Source: Octopus vulgaris (Eukaryota). From it: DNA of 64,000 nt. Below the pieces are notes generated by a model. The model was given only the letters and a program-made list of their open reading frames with translations. It was not told where the DNA came from and did not search any database. The stretch lies in the NCBI GenBank assembly GCA_951406725.2, contig OX597838.1:32054001-32118000 (forward strand), in the 5' to 3' direction. Shown piece by piece: positions 1 to 13,538 of the stretch; position 1 is the first letter of the stretch, and each line of letters opens with the position of its first letter. The position numbers and the translations under genes were made by a program.

Positions 1-111
1 TGTTTTTACGTGCCACCTGCACAGGAGCCAGTCCAGCGGCACTGGCAATGCCCTCGCTTGAATGTTTTTTCACGTGCTACGCTCAAATGGTGCCTCTTAC
101 GTGTGTGTATG

Positions 112-145
<34 letters not shown>

Positions 146-1473
146 TACATACATGCACACACGTGTGTGTGTTTACAGTCAGTTCACAGTCATCTCTCAC
201 ATAGTTCATACTTTGCTGTTAGTAGTTGGATGAGGGGTGAGGAGTGGAGGTCATATCTCATTTGATTTTTTTCAATTTTGGAAAAAAAAACTTTTCTAAA
301 GAAATAAACATGAATTAACTTCTAGATGCTTCTTTTGTGGGGTTGGGTGCATGGGGGGGATTTTGTTTTTTTGTTTTGTTTTGTTTTTTTTGTCTTTGTT
401 ACTGTTATTTAGCCCAGGGTCTACCTGGATTTTGCAATTAATTAAAATACAATTAGGCAGGCTATGATGATGAGGAAGCATAATAAGAAAAAACACGAGG
501 TGGTCATGGCTGAGGTGTTTTTTGATCTATCAAAAGACACTTCAGCCATGACCACCTCATTTTTTGTTCTTTCAACTACAGTTTTTAATGTCCTTCATTT
601 ATTTATAATGGTAGGCTGTGAGCTCAGTGAGATTTAGCTGCTATTTCTAGCAAGATGAGTGACCACCTAGATGTTCCCCTTCGGCCTTGTTGGTCTTGTT
701 GTTGTTGTTAAGGTGTTGTGGGTAGTGGAATCAGTGAAGTGCTGAGTTGTGATATTTAGCTACGACCCATTATGTTCTGAGTTCAAATTCTGCTGCAGTC
801 GTCTTTGATTTTAACCCTTTCAGGGTCCGTATAATTTGTGCAAGTCATATACAGGAGGGATGGGAGTAGTTACGCTATATACAATATTCTTCTTCCCATC
901 ATAATATACATGGTAGCTGTTTAGCCCTAGGTCAGCCAATATGACCAAAGACATTCCATCCTTTCCCATCCTGTCTTTTCAGACAGTGTATCTCAGACAT
1001 TATCGGACATGTCCTTCCTTTTTAAAAGATAGTAGGGTTTGATTTGAGCCAGATTTGGCTGCTTTTTCTAGCATGTCTCACTACTGTATAGAGGTTTCCT
1101 TGTAGACTCATTGCTGTCATCATTTAAGATAGTCAACAATTGGTTTATAGCAGAATCAGTGGAGCACCAGACAAAGCACCTAGTGATATTTCATTACATT
1201 CTTTTAGATTCCAAGGTGAACTTAGCCATTCATCAGGATACAGTCTGGATTGTTTTATCAGTCAATGATTATTTAAATTCATGGAGGACAGGTACAAATA
1301 AATTTTGGTTAATATAATTTGTGTAATTAATAGAAGAAATAAAATGAGCAAAGGGGAAATAACTGAACTGTGCCAATGCCACAAATATTAATAAATAATT
1401 AAAAGGATGATGTTCTGAATTTTGTGTTTAGAGAATATTCTCAATTAATTAGAATAGAATTAGGCAGCCTTTG

Positions 1474-1509
1474 ATGGCGATGAGGTCTAATAGGCTGAAA
1501 CATGCCCAT
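1474..1509 (+). ncRNA. Degenerate hammerhead-like motif
   Basis: AUGG-CGAUGA-GGUCU-aau-AGGCU-GAAAC-AUG-C-CCAU; stems I and II pair, but the core has deletions. Confidence 0.4.
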
Positions 1510-2150
1510 AGTTGTCCCCCTTGCCTGCAAACAAAGATCACATATTGACTATTTCCCACACATGTTAACCTTTAGATGGCAAACACCATCATCATCATCA
1601 TCATCATCATCATCATTATCATCATCATCATTATCATCATCATATCGTCATCACATTATTATCATCATCATCATCATCCCATCATCATCATCACATCATC
1701 ATCATCATCATCATCATGCTGGTTTGGGATGATCTGATGGCCCACGGGAGAGTATCAAGCTCTGCTGTCTCATGGGGTCTCCAGCTGGAGGCCCTTCTCA
1801 ATACCCTTTCCAACTCCTTTCCAGAATGTTCTGGGCTTTCGGTTATTTTCTGTCACCCTGACTCAGCCAAGTCCAGGAATACAATTCAAAGTTTGTTTTT
1901 ATATTTGTTTTTATATTTGTTTGCTTTTGCTTTTGTTTTTGTTCAGTTTATTTTGTTTATTTTTTTTTATTTGTTTTTTTACTTGTTTTTGTTTGTTATT
2001 ACTAATTACTGCATGAGAAAGGACAGGCACATAGCCTTCAATTTAGTTTACCTTTTTTTATATATCTTAAATGTAAATTATGCATGATGGATCAGGCATT
2101 TGGATTAATGATAGGAAATCAACACCAAATTTTAATTTATATCACCTTAA

Positions 2151-2181
<31 letters not shown>

Positions 2182-2307
2182 TCTCTCTCTCTCTCTTTCC
2201 CTCTCTCTCCCCCCGCTCTCTCTTACATACACACACACACCTGCGTATCTGCATTGCATGGGTGTATGTATATTGATAGAGATGTGCATATATATATATA
2301 TTTTAAC

Positions 2308-2352
2308 AAAACTGTCTGACAAAAGGCAATGTGAAACTCTGAGTAACAGCTT
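2308..2352 (+). ncRNA. Degenerate hammerhead motif in an ~80-bp (TA)n-flanked module
   Basis: CUGU-CUGACAA-AAG-gcaa-UGU-GAAAC-UCUGA-GUA-ACAG; G8 is mutated. The 3' flank of this module recurs inverted at ~44815-44850. Confidence 0.5.
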
Positions 2353-2395
2353 TTGTTGAATTTCTGCTGCTTTTAAATAAAGTATATATATATAT

Positions 2396-2642
2396 ACAAT
2401 GGTTTGCTGAGAAGTTTCTGGCTTTGGGTAAAAGAAAATAGAGGAGGTTCAGTTAATTATGATTTTATTCAACATATTTCCCCTCTCAGGTTCACACACT
2501 TATTGCAATGGTCCTTCAGTTTTTCTAAGCCCTGTAGAAGAACATAGAAGGTTGGGCCTCCAGCCAGGCCTTTCACAATACTCTTAAAGCCAGGAACTTT
2601 TCAGCACTCCCTCCTATACATATGTGTATCAACATATATATC

Positions 2643-2676
<34 letters not shown>

Positions 2677-2923
2677 ATATATATACACACACACACAGAC
2701 ACATGAGGGGTGCTGAAAGATTCCTGATTTTGGTTAAAAGAAGATACAGGAGGATCAGTTAATAATGATTTTATCCAACATATTCCCCTCTCAGATTCAC
2801 CCACTTATTGTAGTGGTCCTTCAGTTTTTCTAGGCCCTGTAAAAGAACTCAGGATGTTGGGCCTTCCCAACCAGGCCGTTCGTGATACCCTTAAAGCCAG
2901 GAACTTTTCAACACCTCCTCATA
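2396..2923. mobile_element. Two tandem ~220-bp mariner-type MITEs; a third copy lies at 48585-48804
   Basis: TIRs GAGGGGTGCTGAAAAGTTCCTGGCTTT / AAAGCCAGGAACTTTTCAGCACCCCCTC and a shared internal sequence. Confidence 0.8.
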
Positions 2924-3438
2924 AGTTTATATATACGTGTGTGTGTGTGTCTGCGTGCACTTGCAAATGTGTGTAGATATGTATAATTTTCATGAAGCAT
3001 TATATGATGTGTGTGTGTGTATATACACACACATGTTGTAAATACTTTGTTTGAAATGCAAAACAATGCAAATTATAAAAGCATTAATGGTACAGGTGAA
3101 TGGTTTGTACTATTAGTTGGTATTTCAATATTCAATATTCAGGAAGAAACATTGAAATACCAGGGAATAATACTAACCATTGGCCTGTACAGTTAATTTT
3201 TTATGACTTACCTTGTCTTGGCTTTAACTTGGCAGTTCAGCAAAAGAGACTGATAGAATAAGTACCAGGCTTAACAGAAAAAAAATACTAGAGTCAATTC
3301 TTTCAACAAAAAATTCTTCACGTCGGTGCCCCAGGATGGTCGCAGTCTAATGACTGAAACAAATAAAAGGTATAAAATGTGTGTGTGTATATGTATGTAT
3401 GCTTGTATATGTGTGTGTGTGTGTGTGTGAGAGTACAT

Positions 3439-3890
3439 ATCATCATCATCATCATCGTTTAACGTCCGCTTTCCATGCTAGCATGGGTTGGACGATTTGA
3501 CTGAGGGCTGGCAAACCAGATGGCTGCACCAGGCTCCAATCTTGATCTGGCAGAATTTCTACAGCTGGATGCCCTTCCTAATGCCAACCACTCTGAGAGT
3601 GTAGTGGGTGCTTTTACGTGCCACTGGCATGAGGGCCAGTCAGGCGGTACTAGCAACAACCTCGCTCGAATATTTTTACACGTGACACCGGCACAAGTGC
3701 CAGTAAGGCAATGCTGGTAAATATCATGCTCAAATGGTGCCACTGGCACAGAAGCCAGTTAGCCGCTCTGGCAACGAACATGCTCGGATGGTGCTCTTAG
3801 CACCCTACTAGCACGGGGCACAAGTGCCAGTAAGATGACGCTGGTAATGATCACACTTGAATGGTGCCTTTTATGTGCCACTGGCACGGA
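3439..3890 (-). mobile_element. Family C retroposon ((GAT)n tail, GTTAGGAAGGGCATCCAGC core). Other copies at ~1-100, 16990-17330, 29290-29745, 39927-40230(+), 42225-42620, 62833-63057(+) and 63440-63710
   Basis: Repeated many times with variable 5' truncation and internal GGCACGTAAAA repeats. Confidence 0.85.
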
Positions 3891-4258
3891 AAATGAGACG
3901 ACAAAGTCAAAGTGAAATTTCTTGGACGTTTATAAAGAGAAATCTAGTCTTACAGCTTTTTACATACAATGGACAAAAAGCCTCTTTACCCATTCTACAC
4001 TGCACATTCCTTGGATAATGGAACTACCACTCTAACATCCAACATATATCTTTATTCTCATATTTCCCTTTATACTTCCAATATCTCTCCCTTTCCAAAA
4101 TAACTCCTTATATTGAGCTCTACCATTTCCCTCTGGTTAACTCTCTCATAATGTCTCTTATGATGAAATATCTTTTATATCCCCGAAACAGCTGTAAGAC
4201 TACCACTCTCTTTTTAAATGTCCTAGAAATTTCACATTGCCTTGGCTTTGTTTCATTT
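3891..4258. mobile_element. Penelope-like pLTR fragment with imperfect inverted ends and a hammerhead relic
   Basis: 3891-3957 is an imperfect inverted copy of 4190-4258. Relic GUCU..AUGAUGA..GAAAC-AGCU-GUA-AGAC at ~4153-4200. Confidence 0.55.
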
Positions 4259-4267
4259 TATTTAACA

Positions 4268-4780
4268 CTAGCAGTATCGCCCGGCGTTGCTCGGGTTTGT
4301 AAGGGAAATAACTATATAAGCATTTTTAGAGAGTTACTTCCCTTATAGATGCCAATTCAGGCTTTCTTAGCCATTTCTGTTTTGGTGTCTTCAAGCCATG
4401 AAGTCGTTGTTCTAAAAGAACGCTGGTCTCCTTGACAACGCTTTACGACGTTGATTTCCTTACACTCCCTTCCCCACAGCTTCATGAGGGAGGGAAGAAG
4501 GGGGAGAAGCAACCAGGTGCAGGTGTGACCATGGACGCCAACTCCGCCGCCATCGACACACGAAAAATTATGCATTAAAATGGAATAAAAAATGATGTTA
4601 AATTATTTTTAAAATCGTAGACTCATCGTAGACGCGCGCTAATACTCAGACGGGCTCGATATGAATCACGACTATAAGATACCCGAATTTGGTTAAACTG
4701 CACCGCAAAATGTGGGAGTAGTTAGGAATCTAAATCGAAGGGGACAGACACTCACACAACTACAGTTTTATATATATAGA
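4268..4780 (-). mobile_element. Non-autonomous Helitron
   Basis: Minus strand starts TCTATATATATAAAA and ends with hairpin CCCGAGCAACGCCGGG followed by CTAG. Inserted between A and T with no TSD. Confidence 0.85.
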
Positions 4781-5429
4781 TATACACACTCACACACGAC
4801 CCGCATTAGACTCCTCACTTATACTATTATCGAACCGGGAGTCTAACCGCGGTCCTTCCGTAGTACTTTCATACCCTTACCTGCCTTTTGGGTCTGCTGT
4901 ATACCAAAACTTCTTATATTATATATGTTTGTATGTACACACATACACACATGTTTGCACACATATATATTGATATGTAGCTGTGTGTATAACTATACCT
5001 GTATATATATATATTTATACATACACACCTGTTACTTTGTGAATATTCAACTATTAGAGGGAATTCACAACTTGAGCAGTGAGACATGTGTGATCTTAAT
5101 GCTGTACTTACACTATAGAAATACACAACTTAGGTTTCATGGCATGGGAGCTATTTTCACACTTTTAAGCTGTAAGTATTTACAATAGCTTTAACACTTT
5201 AAGGAAAAGAGGGCATAACTTATTAAAATTACCTGTTTCAACCTTTTTCCTCCTCAGTGTTGGGGTTAATGTTAGTAAGAAGCTTTTGACCGTTTTATAG
5301 ACACAATTTCAACAAAGTCATCAATACAGGAAGGTTTTTAAAAAGCTATAAACATCAGCTACAGCTGTTCCACCAAGATGTAGATATTTATTCCCAGGAA
5401 ACCAATCGAACCTGATCTTCTGGATTGTT

Positions 5430-6650
5430 TGTGATTATTCATCCAAATATACAATGTTGAATTGGTCACATATGAAGTGAAATTTACCTCACACAGACCC
5501 CGTTCACCATGTCACTTCCATCAGACATTGGGATGGTTGAAGACAGAAATTCAACGAACGGTTTTATAACTCCGACGTCTGGCAGCTGACTTGGCAGACA
5601 CCCATAAAATTATCAACCATTGTACAAACAATAACTCTGAGCACCTTTTCAAACTCCACCTGTCTAACACCCGTGGACATATTTACAAAGTCAGAAAACA
5701 GCACAGCTCCCATGACTTCAGGAAACATTTTTTCACGCTGAGAGTTGCTGAAGCATGGAACAAACTGCCGGCATCAGTTGTTAGTTGTCGGAGCACTGCA
5801 TCCTTCAAAACTTCCATGCTTTCTGAGATTCGCCAACACTACACCTGATTTTCTCCCCTCCATACACACACAAGCATGTATCTGACTCATACACTGTTCG
5901 CTTTCCAGACATTTGTACATTACTGCATATACTCTATACGCACTTTCTGACAAGTTGTGGTGCACCTGAGCACTGTATACAATAATTTCATTATTATTTA
6001 TTATAACCTCAACACAATCTTCAAGGTACACCATGGCCAACCATATTTGGAAACTGAGGTGCTCAGTACAGATATTTGATATCAGATGGGAAAATTCTTG
6101 AAATATCCAAAACCATATATGCCAATGGAACAAGGAAAGGCCAACTTTTTATCCTGGCATACAGTTGACTCCCCTCCAGTCTAAGCAGACATTTACATTA
6201 CACCCCTCTCTCTATAATCTAGATATTGACCTCTCTCTTACATTAAACATATTTTCAGACAGAAATATTACTCACGAAATATCCGTTATATAAATCAGCG
6301 GAACTTCCCTGTCAGACAACACATGGCATACGGCAAAATTCAGCCTTTTTCTACCACTTTATCAATTCGCTTTTTGTCTTTCTTTGCAAATGCACTTGCA
6401 ATCTAAGGGACATAACTTGCCTGACAAGAATGTGAGTAACGGCCCTTAGTTAACATTTACGCTCTCTCTTCTTTTTCTTTGATTTTCTGGTTCTGTTTGG
6501 CCGAATGAATTGGATGATGAACAGGAGTTGGCGTTTATCACAAGCTGTAAATAGCTGATGTGCCATGAAACTTGAGTAACGTGTGGTTATTTTAAGTGCA
6601 GCATAAAACCTCTTAGATATCTGTGTGTGTTTGTGCGCTTGGTTGACTTC
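5430..6650 (+). mobile_element. Decayed Penelope-like retroelement 3' region (GIY-YIG endonuclease remnant plus 3' hammerhead relic), split by a CR1 insertion
   Basis: Frameshifted peptides IGMVE, KFNERFYN|LNTIFK, MANHIWKLR..IFDIRW, ILEISK and WHTAKFSL resemble the C-terminal endonuclease of PLEs. A relic CUGAUG..GAAAC-UUGA-GUA lies at 6555-6578. Confidence 0.55.
5571..6000 (+). mobile_element. 5'-truncated CR1-clade LINE
   Basis: ORF2 end NTRGHIYKV..FFTLRVAEAWNKLPASVV..FK; (ATT)n tail; flanking TTATAAC repeat at 5564-5570 and 6001-6007. Confidence 0.85.
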
Positions 6651-6667
6651 ACATATATATATATCTC

Positions 6668-6701
<34 letters not shown>

Positions 6702-6944
6702 TTAAATAATGAGGGAGATAAATTGAATATTAATTTAATTAATATCAATTTAAAACCAGTAGCCTAGCATACAAAAATGTGAAAAATCAGAAAATTCTAA
6801 TACACGTGTATATTAAAAGGGCTAGAAACCACTATGTGGACAGCCATATGCTAGAAATAGATCACATACGATCAAACTACAAAGAAAGAATGTTCTCTAG
6901 AGAAAAATCCAGCGGACACGAGAACAATATGTGGGCAAGACTGA

Positions 6945-6987
<43 letters not shown>

Positions 6988-7484
6988 AATACACACATAT
7001 ATATATGTGTGTGTGTATATATATATATATGTGGAGTGGCTGTATGGTAAGAAGCTTGTTTACCAACCACATGATTCCAGGTCCAGTCCCACTGTGTGGA
7101 CCTTTGGGTGAGTGTCTTCTACTATAGCCTCAGGCTAACCAAAGCCTTGTGAGTGGATTTGGTAGACAGAAACTGAAAGAAGCCCATCATATATATGTGT
7201 GTATATATGTTTGTGTGTATGTGTTTGTGCCCCCAACATCGCTTGACAACCAATGGTGGGGTGTTTACGTCCCCATAACTAGCCACATGCATGCATGTGT
7301 GTGTGTGTGTGTGATGGGCTTCTTTCAGTTTCTGTTTACCAAGTCTACTGTACAGAGCATTTGCTCTTGGAGCCACACAATGGGATTGAACCTGAATCCA
7401 TCTCTGCACCCATATGTGTGTGTGTGTGTGTGTGTGCGTGTGTGTATATGTGTGTATGTATGTATGTATGTATATGAGTGAGTG

Positions 7485-7772
7485 ACAACCTGGCCACTGG
7501 TGGTGGTGTAACACACCATACTAATCATATCTGTCGCTCATGTGGAAGAGAGTGTAATTCAACAGAAGGACTTAAATGACTAGCAAAGGTACATGAAGCC
7601 CAGTTACAACTACAGCCAGCTATTACCAGTAAAGGTTTTAGTTGCCAATTTTGTACAAGACATTGTAGATCTTTAGCTAGGCTAAAAAGTCACATTCGAT
7701 CACAGCACCAATAACAGATAAGCTTCGTGCAATGGCCATACTCGATAACGAGGGGGCAACCATAATAATAAT
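7485..7772 (+). mobile_element. RTE-like LINE 3' end with two C2H2-like fingers
   Basis: In-frame HICRSCGRECNSTEGLK*LAKVH...FSCQFCTRHCRSLARLKSHIRSQHQ*, followed by a CTCG-ataa-CGAG hairpin and an (ATA)n tail. Confidence 0.6.
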
Positions 7773-8417
7773 ATGTGTGTGTATAATGTATGTATTTATG
7801 TATGTATATGTGTGTGTGTATATATATGTATATATATATACATGTATGTATATATAAGGTCAACATTGTGATTAGTTACCCATCAGTGCACAAATCTCAA
7901 AAAGCTGAATGCTTTGGCCATTTCTGTTCTCAGTCTTCCTGATCTGGTCTGTGTCTCAGAGAATGCAGTAGGATTGACAAAGAAAATCAAGCAACAGCAG
8001 CTGACTTAAGCAGAGGCTTTGTGAGGTTAAAAGCATCATCAGAAACCTGGAGAAAAAACATTTGGGGCACCAAAGTGTGAGTGAGTGGTTCTGTTGAGAA
8101 AAAGAAGACCGCCAAATTTTGTATTATACTTAAAGACTTGCAGGATTCCATTGAAGCAACAGCTTGAGCCTATGACCATAATCAGAGGCTGTGGGTTGAT
8201 TTGGTGAGAACCTGTCTGCAGTCTTTGTAATCAGAGTTCACTCAGGCATTGGATGAATTGAGATATTACAGGTAAACTGAACAAAGAAAATGGGTTTCCT
8301 GCAATGTAAAACAGAGCCTTTACGTGGTCACTGAATCTGCTTGAAATGACGGCCAAACTTTCCTCAAATCCTCTCTAATCTTCTTAAAAAAAAGAAAGAC
8401 ACACTACATGATGTGAT

Positions 8418-8456
<39 letters not shown>

Positions 8457-8867
8457 GAAAATGGAGGAACAAATTCATTTCAATCGTCAACTTACAGATA
8501 TTACGATTTCATATTATTTATTAACTGTATAAATAGGAACATCCAAATTGAACAAAACAATATACATCAATATGCAAATTAATAATACTATAAGAATAAT
8601 ACACATAAAATGGTCCTTACAGCTAAACCCATCGTTTATGAAGACCAGAATAGAATCTCATGGAGTGCCTCTGTCGATTCCGGATGAATACCGTACACGG
8701 TATATGCAACCCACTCTGTCCAAAAGGAAGTTCTTAGCATTGCAGGGAATAGAGATGCAGCTCTCACAGTTTTCACCTTCCATACTTTACATATATGTAC
8801 AGTTATGTCCAAATGAATTGACCATATGAATAAACACACACACACACACATGTATGTGTGTATATGA

Positions 8868-9178
8868 AGGCACATGGCTCAGTGGTGAGAGCGTCGGCCT
8901 TACAATCGTGAGGTTGTGAGTTCGAATCCCAGACCAGGCTGCGTGTTGTGCTTTTAAGCAAGATACTTTATTTCACGTTGCTCCAGTTCACTCATCTGTA
9001 GAAATGAGTTGCGACGTCACTGGTGCCAAGCTGTATCGGCCCCTTTGCCTTTCCCTTGGGTAACACTGGTGGCGTGGAGAAGGGAGGCTGGTATGCATGG
9101 GTGACTGCTGGTCTTCCATAAACAACCTTGCCCGGACTTGTACCTGGGAGGGTAACTTTCTAGGAGACCGAAGGGTCT
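8868..9178 (+). mobile_element. tRNA-derived SINE family D; an inverted copy lies at ~20350-20687
   Basis: A box TGGCTCAGTGG and B box GAGTTCGAATCCC; the body is shared between the two copies. Confidence 0.85.
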
Positions 9179-9479
9179 CTCAGCATATATACACACTTAT
9201 ACACTAGTTTCTCAAAGTGTTTGTGTCATCATCATCATCATCATCATATAAATGTCCACTTTCTCTTGCTTGCATGGGTCAGATGGAATTTGTTGAGACA
9301 GATTTTCTGTGGCTGGGAGCCCTTCCTGTCACCAACCCTCACATTCTTTCCAAGTGTGGTAATATTTTTTTGCATGGCCAAACCAGTTTTTGATGGAAGT
9401 TAGGGTATGAATAATCTAGTTTCGATGGTTATGATGGTTGTATAACAACCATTACATGATGTCAAACAAACTGGTGCTC

Positions 9480-9775
9480 CATTGATTATGAGGACTTGTG
9501 TTCCAGCTGATCCGATCAACGGAACAGCCTGCTCGTGAAATTAACACACAAGTGGCTGAGTACTCCACAGACATGCATGCCCTTAATATAATTCTCCAGG
9601 AGACTCAGCATGACACAGAGTGTGGCAAAGCTGGTCCTTTCAAATACAGGTGAGTGGACAAGAGCAATGTGGAATAAAATAACTTGCTCAAGGTCACAGC
9701 ACATCTCCAGGAATCAAAATCATGGCCTAACAATTGTGTACCAAACAGCCTGACCACTTAGCCATATGCCCTCAC
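9480..9775 (-). mobile_element. tRNA-derived SINE family E; relatives at ~10160-10330, 49670-49960 and 55205-55500
   Basis: Shared GGAACAGCCTGCTCGTGAAATTAAC..GTGGCTGAGTACTCCACAGAC body. Confidence 0.7.
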
Positions 9776-10722
9776 AGCAAGACAAGAAAGTACACAAACA
9801 CACACACACATGCATGCATGCACACACACACATATACATACATACATACATACATACATACACACACACGTACATGCATATACGAGATACTTTCTATTTC
9901 AATCTACCGGATCCACTTACAAGACTTTGATTGTCTCAGGGCTATATAATAGAAGGCTCCAAAGTGCCATATGGTGGGACTGAACCCAGGACAGCATGGT
10001 TTGGAAGGAAGCTGCTTAACCACACAACCATGCCACCTGTGTGACTTTGTGGCTGGGGTCCTGGTTTTCATCCCACTGTGTGCCATTTTGGGCAAATGCT
10101 ATTTTCTGCAGCTTTGGGTTAAGCCATCCCTCATGGGTGAAGTTGATAAGAGGGGAAACTGTACTGAAGACTTGAGTGGTCCATCTGTGTCTCACACACT
10201 GTGTCCCGCTGACTGTACTTGAGAACCACATTAAGGGTGGACATATGGCTCTGGAATACTCAGCCATTTATGTGTTGATTCAAGAGCAGATAATCCAGTT
10301 TCTCAAACCACTGAGATCCCTGCCATTTTGTAGATGTTACTGAAAATGTATTAAAACCGAAGATCCTGTTTTGAGATTTAGTTTTAGACACCAGCGTGAC
10401 TGAGTGGTAACAAGCTTACTTCCTAACCACATGACTAAAAATTCTTCAAGGTGGTGCCCCAGCATGGCCACAGTTGAATGACTGAAACAAATAAGAGATA
10501 ACAGACAAAACGTAGTACTCAATACTGACATTCAGATAACATATGAATGTTTATAGAACATTCCTTGTAAAAATATTGTGTGGGATCCTGGGATATCTCC
10601 TTGTATTTAGAGACATTTTGTGATATCTGGAAATTCAAGGAGATTTAGGGCTGAATGAGTGCCTAGCACCAACCTTCCACCAGCCCATTCCGTGTCTTTT
10701 TTAATTGGCATTACCTTATTTT

Positions 10723-11140
10723 AGACACCCATAAAATTATCAACCATCGTACAAACAATAACTCTGAGCACCTTTTCAAACTCCACCCGTCTAACACCCG
10801 TGGACATATTTACAAAGTCAGAAAACAGCACAGCTCCCATGACTTTAGGAAACATTTTTTCACGCTGAGAGTTGCTGAAGCATGGAACAAACTCCCAGCA
10901 TCAGTTGTTAGTTGTCGGAGCACTGCATCCTTCAAAACTTCCATGCTTTCTGAGATTCGCCAACACTACACCTGATTTTCTCCCCTCCATACACACACAA
11001 GCATGTATCTGACTCATACATTGTTCGCTTTCCAGACATTTGTACATTACTGCATATGCTCTATACACACTTTCTGACAAGTTGTGGTGCACATGAGCAC
11101 TGTATACAATAATTTCCTTATTATTATTATTATTATTATT
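10723..11140 (+). mobile_element. 5'-truncated CR1-clade LINE, same family as 5571-6000
   Basis: Near-identical to 5595-6000; (ATT)n tail. Confidence 0.85.
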
Positions 11141-12291
11141 ATATTATTATTTCTATTTCTTGATTAATTTTATTGTCTGTTATATCCACACTGGCATGGG
11201 TTGGGTGGATACTTATTTGAAACTATACGATTAGATACTCTTCCTGTTCCCAACCCTTACCAATTTATCGAGTATGGGATTTACGTTTTATTCATCTCGA
11301 ATTGGAAAGCAAGGAACTAGTGGATATATTGTTCAGGGGAATGTAAACATTACGTCAGCATTTTTCGCTCAGATGACCTCAGGGGAAGATGCAAAAAGGT
11401 TAACATTCACTTTCTCACGCATCAAAGTATAGAAAACGGGTGTATATAATGAGCTTCCATACGCATCCCGTCTACCATTTCCACTTGTGTTGTACACATA
11501 TTTCATAGGATTTTAGCTGTGTTATCTCCCTTGGCTCACGTTTCTCCTTTTTTTTTGTTGTTGTTGTTGTATGTGTGTAATCTCCCTTAGAATATTCTTT
11601 TCTTTTCTACTCTAGGCACAAAGCCTGCAATTTTTGGGGTGGGGGCCAGTCGATTATATTTCTTTACTACCCACAAGGGGCTAAACATAGAGGGGACAAA
11701 CAAGGACAGCGAAAGGGATTAAGTTGATTATATTGACCCCAGTGCATAACTGGTACTTAATTTATCGACTCCGAAAGGATGAAAGGCAAAGTCGAACTCG
11801 GCGGAATTTGAACTCGGAACGTTGCGACAGACAAAATACGGATACGCATTTTGCCCGGCATGCTAACGTTTCTGCCAGCTCGATTAGATCAACCCCAAGT
11901 GGTCCTTATTTCACCCTTAGAATATTATGTTGGAGACAATTTCAATTTTAAAGATACCGGTTTCAATTCTGTTCACTCTTTTTTCGTCTTTGTTTCCTCA
12001 TAATGGTGGTTGGGGTGGGTGAGGGTGAAGGCAACCTTGTGTTTTAGCCCCTGATCAACCAGGACCCTTTATCATAGACATTCCATGCACGACAATCCCG
12101 TCTTTGTTTTCTTCTGGGCCCTGTGAACTAAGAATTCCATATTCCACATGATGATGATGATGATGATGGTGCGCATAATGACGATGAAGAAATGACTTGT
12201 TTAGCCCCAGGTCAACTGAAATCAACCATATCTATGATCAAAAGACATTCCAGCTTTGACCATCTCATTTTTATTTTACAATTATGGTATT

Positions 12292-12501
12292 CAGTAATCT
12301 CTTGATTATCACAGGTGTTACATTCCAACCCCCAACCCCCCGTGATAGGTGAAAATCTGTGAAGTAGAAACAGTACTGTATATTATTTTATTATTATTTT
12401 TATAATTTATATATATTTATTTTATTATAAATGCAAAACAATACCACAGAGGAATCGACGTAAGCTTAAATAATAAACCGCGATATGGCGAAGGATTACT
12501 G
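12292..12501. mobile_element. pogo/Tigger-like MITE
   Basis: TIRs CAGTAATC.../...GATTACTG with TA at the right end. Confidence 0.6.
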
Positions 12502-12815
12502 TATATATTTGTGTGTGTATATATATATATATAGTACAAAGTAAGATAGGGGTTATGCAGGGTAACCACTATGGGATATCAGTTATCCAATATATTTGAC
12601 TAATATAGGCGGAATGAGATACTTTTATCTATAGGCTGAAACATCTGTAAGGACAATTTTATGTGTATCATTCTTATAGTATTATCAATTTGCATATTGG
12701 TGTATATTGTTTTGTTCAATTTGGATGTTCCTATTTATACAGTTAATAAATTATATGAAATGGTAATATCTGTAAGTTGATGATCGAAATTAATTTGTTC
12801 CTCCATTTTCTTATT

Positions 12816-12853
<38 letters not shown>

Positions 12854-13107
12854 ATCACATCATGTAGTGTGTCTTTCTTTTTTTTAAGAAGATTAGAGAG
12901 GATTTGAGGAGAGTTTGGCTGCCATTTCAAGCAGATTCAGTGACCACGTAAAGGCTCTGTTTTACATTGCAGGAAATGATGATGATGATGATGGTGTTAA
13001 TGGAGTTTTATAACATTGTTGTCTCTTGATGTGTTTGTTTTCTTGTTTCCCCAACCCAAAACGTTTCAACAACACCAATAATAATAATGCCTGTTGTTTC
13101 TCTTCAG

Positions 13108-13242
13108 ATCCTGTCATTTGTGACCAACACTCTTCCTGTCATATTCCACCAACAGAACAAGTGGGCAAAGGCCGATGTTGTGGTAAAATTTGTTATTAAC
13201 AGATACCAACCAACTACCTGGGACTGGGTCGGTCTTTATCAG
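13108..13242 (+). CDS. INPP5K: Exon encoding the N-terminal half of a SKICH domain; INPP5K/INPP5J-like inositol polyphosphate 5-phosphatase, 3' part
   Basis: ttctcttcag| acceptor and |gtaatt donor; 135 nt, phase 0/0. Translates ILSFVTNTLPVIFHQQNKWAKADVVVKFVINRYQPTTWDWVGLYQ, containing the SKICH WDW(I/V)GLY motif. The phosphatase domain itself was not found in the window. Confidence 0.82.
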
Positions 13243-13276
13243 GTAATTACCTCCATCTTTCTTCTTCCCTCTGCAG

Positions 13277-13333
<57 letters not shown>

Positions 13334-13447
13334 CCTGCTCGCTTAGCCAGTGGGGTGGCATCATTTGAAGGCTAGAACAATGTGAAGCGCATTGTGACCA
13401 GCGATGTGTAACAACATCTGATAGCCTGGTCGGTCATGGGGATCACG

Positions 13448-13485
<38 letters not shown>

Positions 13486-13538
13486 AGGAGAAAATGGAGA
13501 GTTAATGGTTAATTGATTTATTAACATATTGATAATCA

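Larger units (their letters stand above)
8295..12976. repeat. ~330-bp inverted duplication (8295-8622 / 12645-12976) about 4 kb apart
   Basis: Both arms carry the same composite junction: repeat fragment + (TA)n + PLE-type tail. Confidence 0.9.

Noticed and set aside
8144-8272. AG..GT bounded candidate upstream exon of the SKICH gene
   Set aside because: Stops in all three frames.
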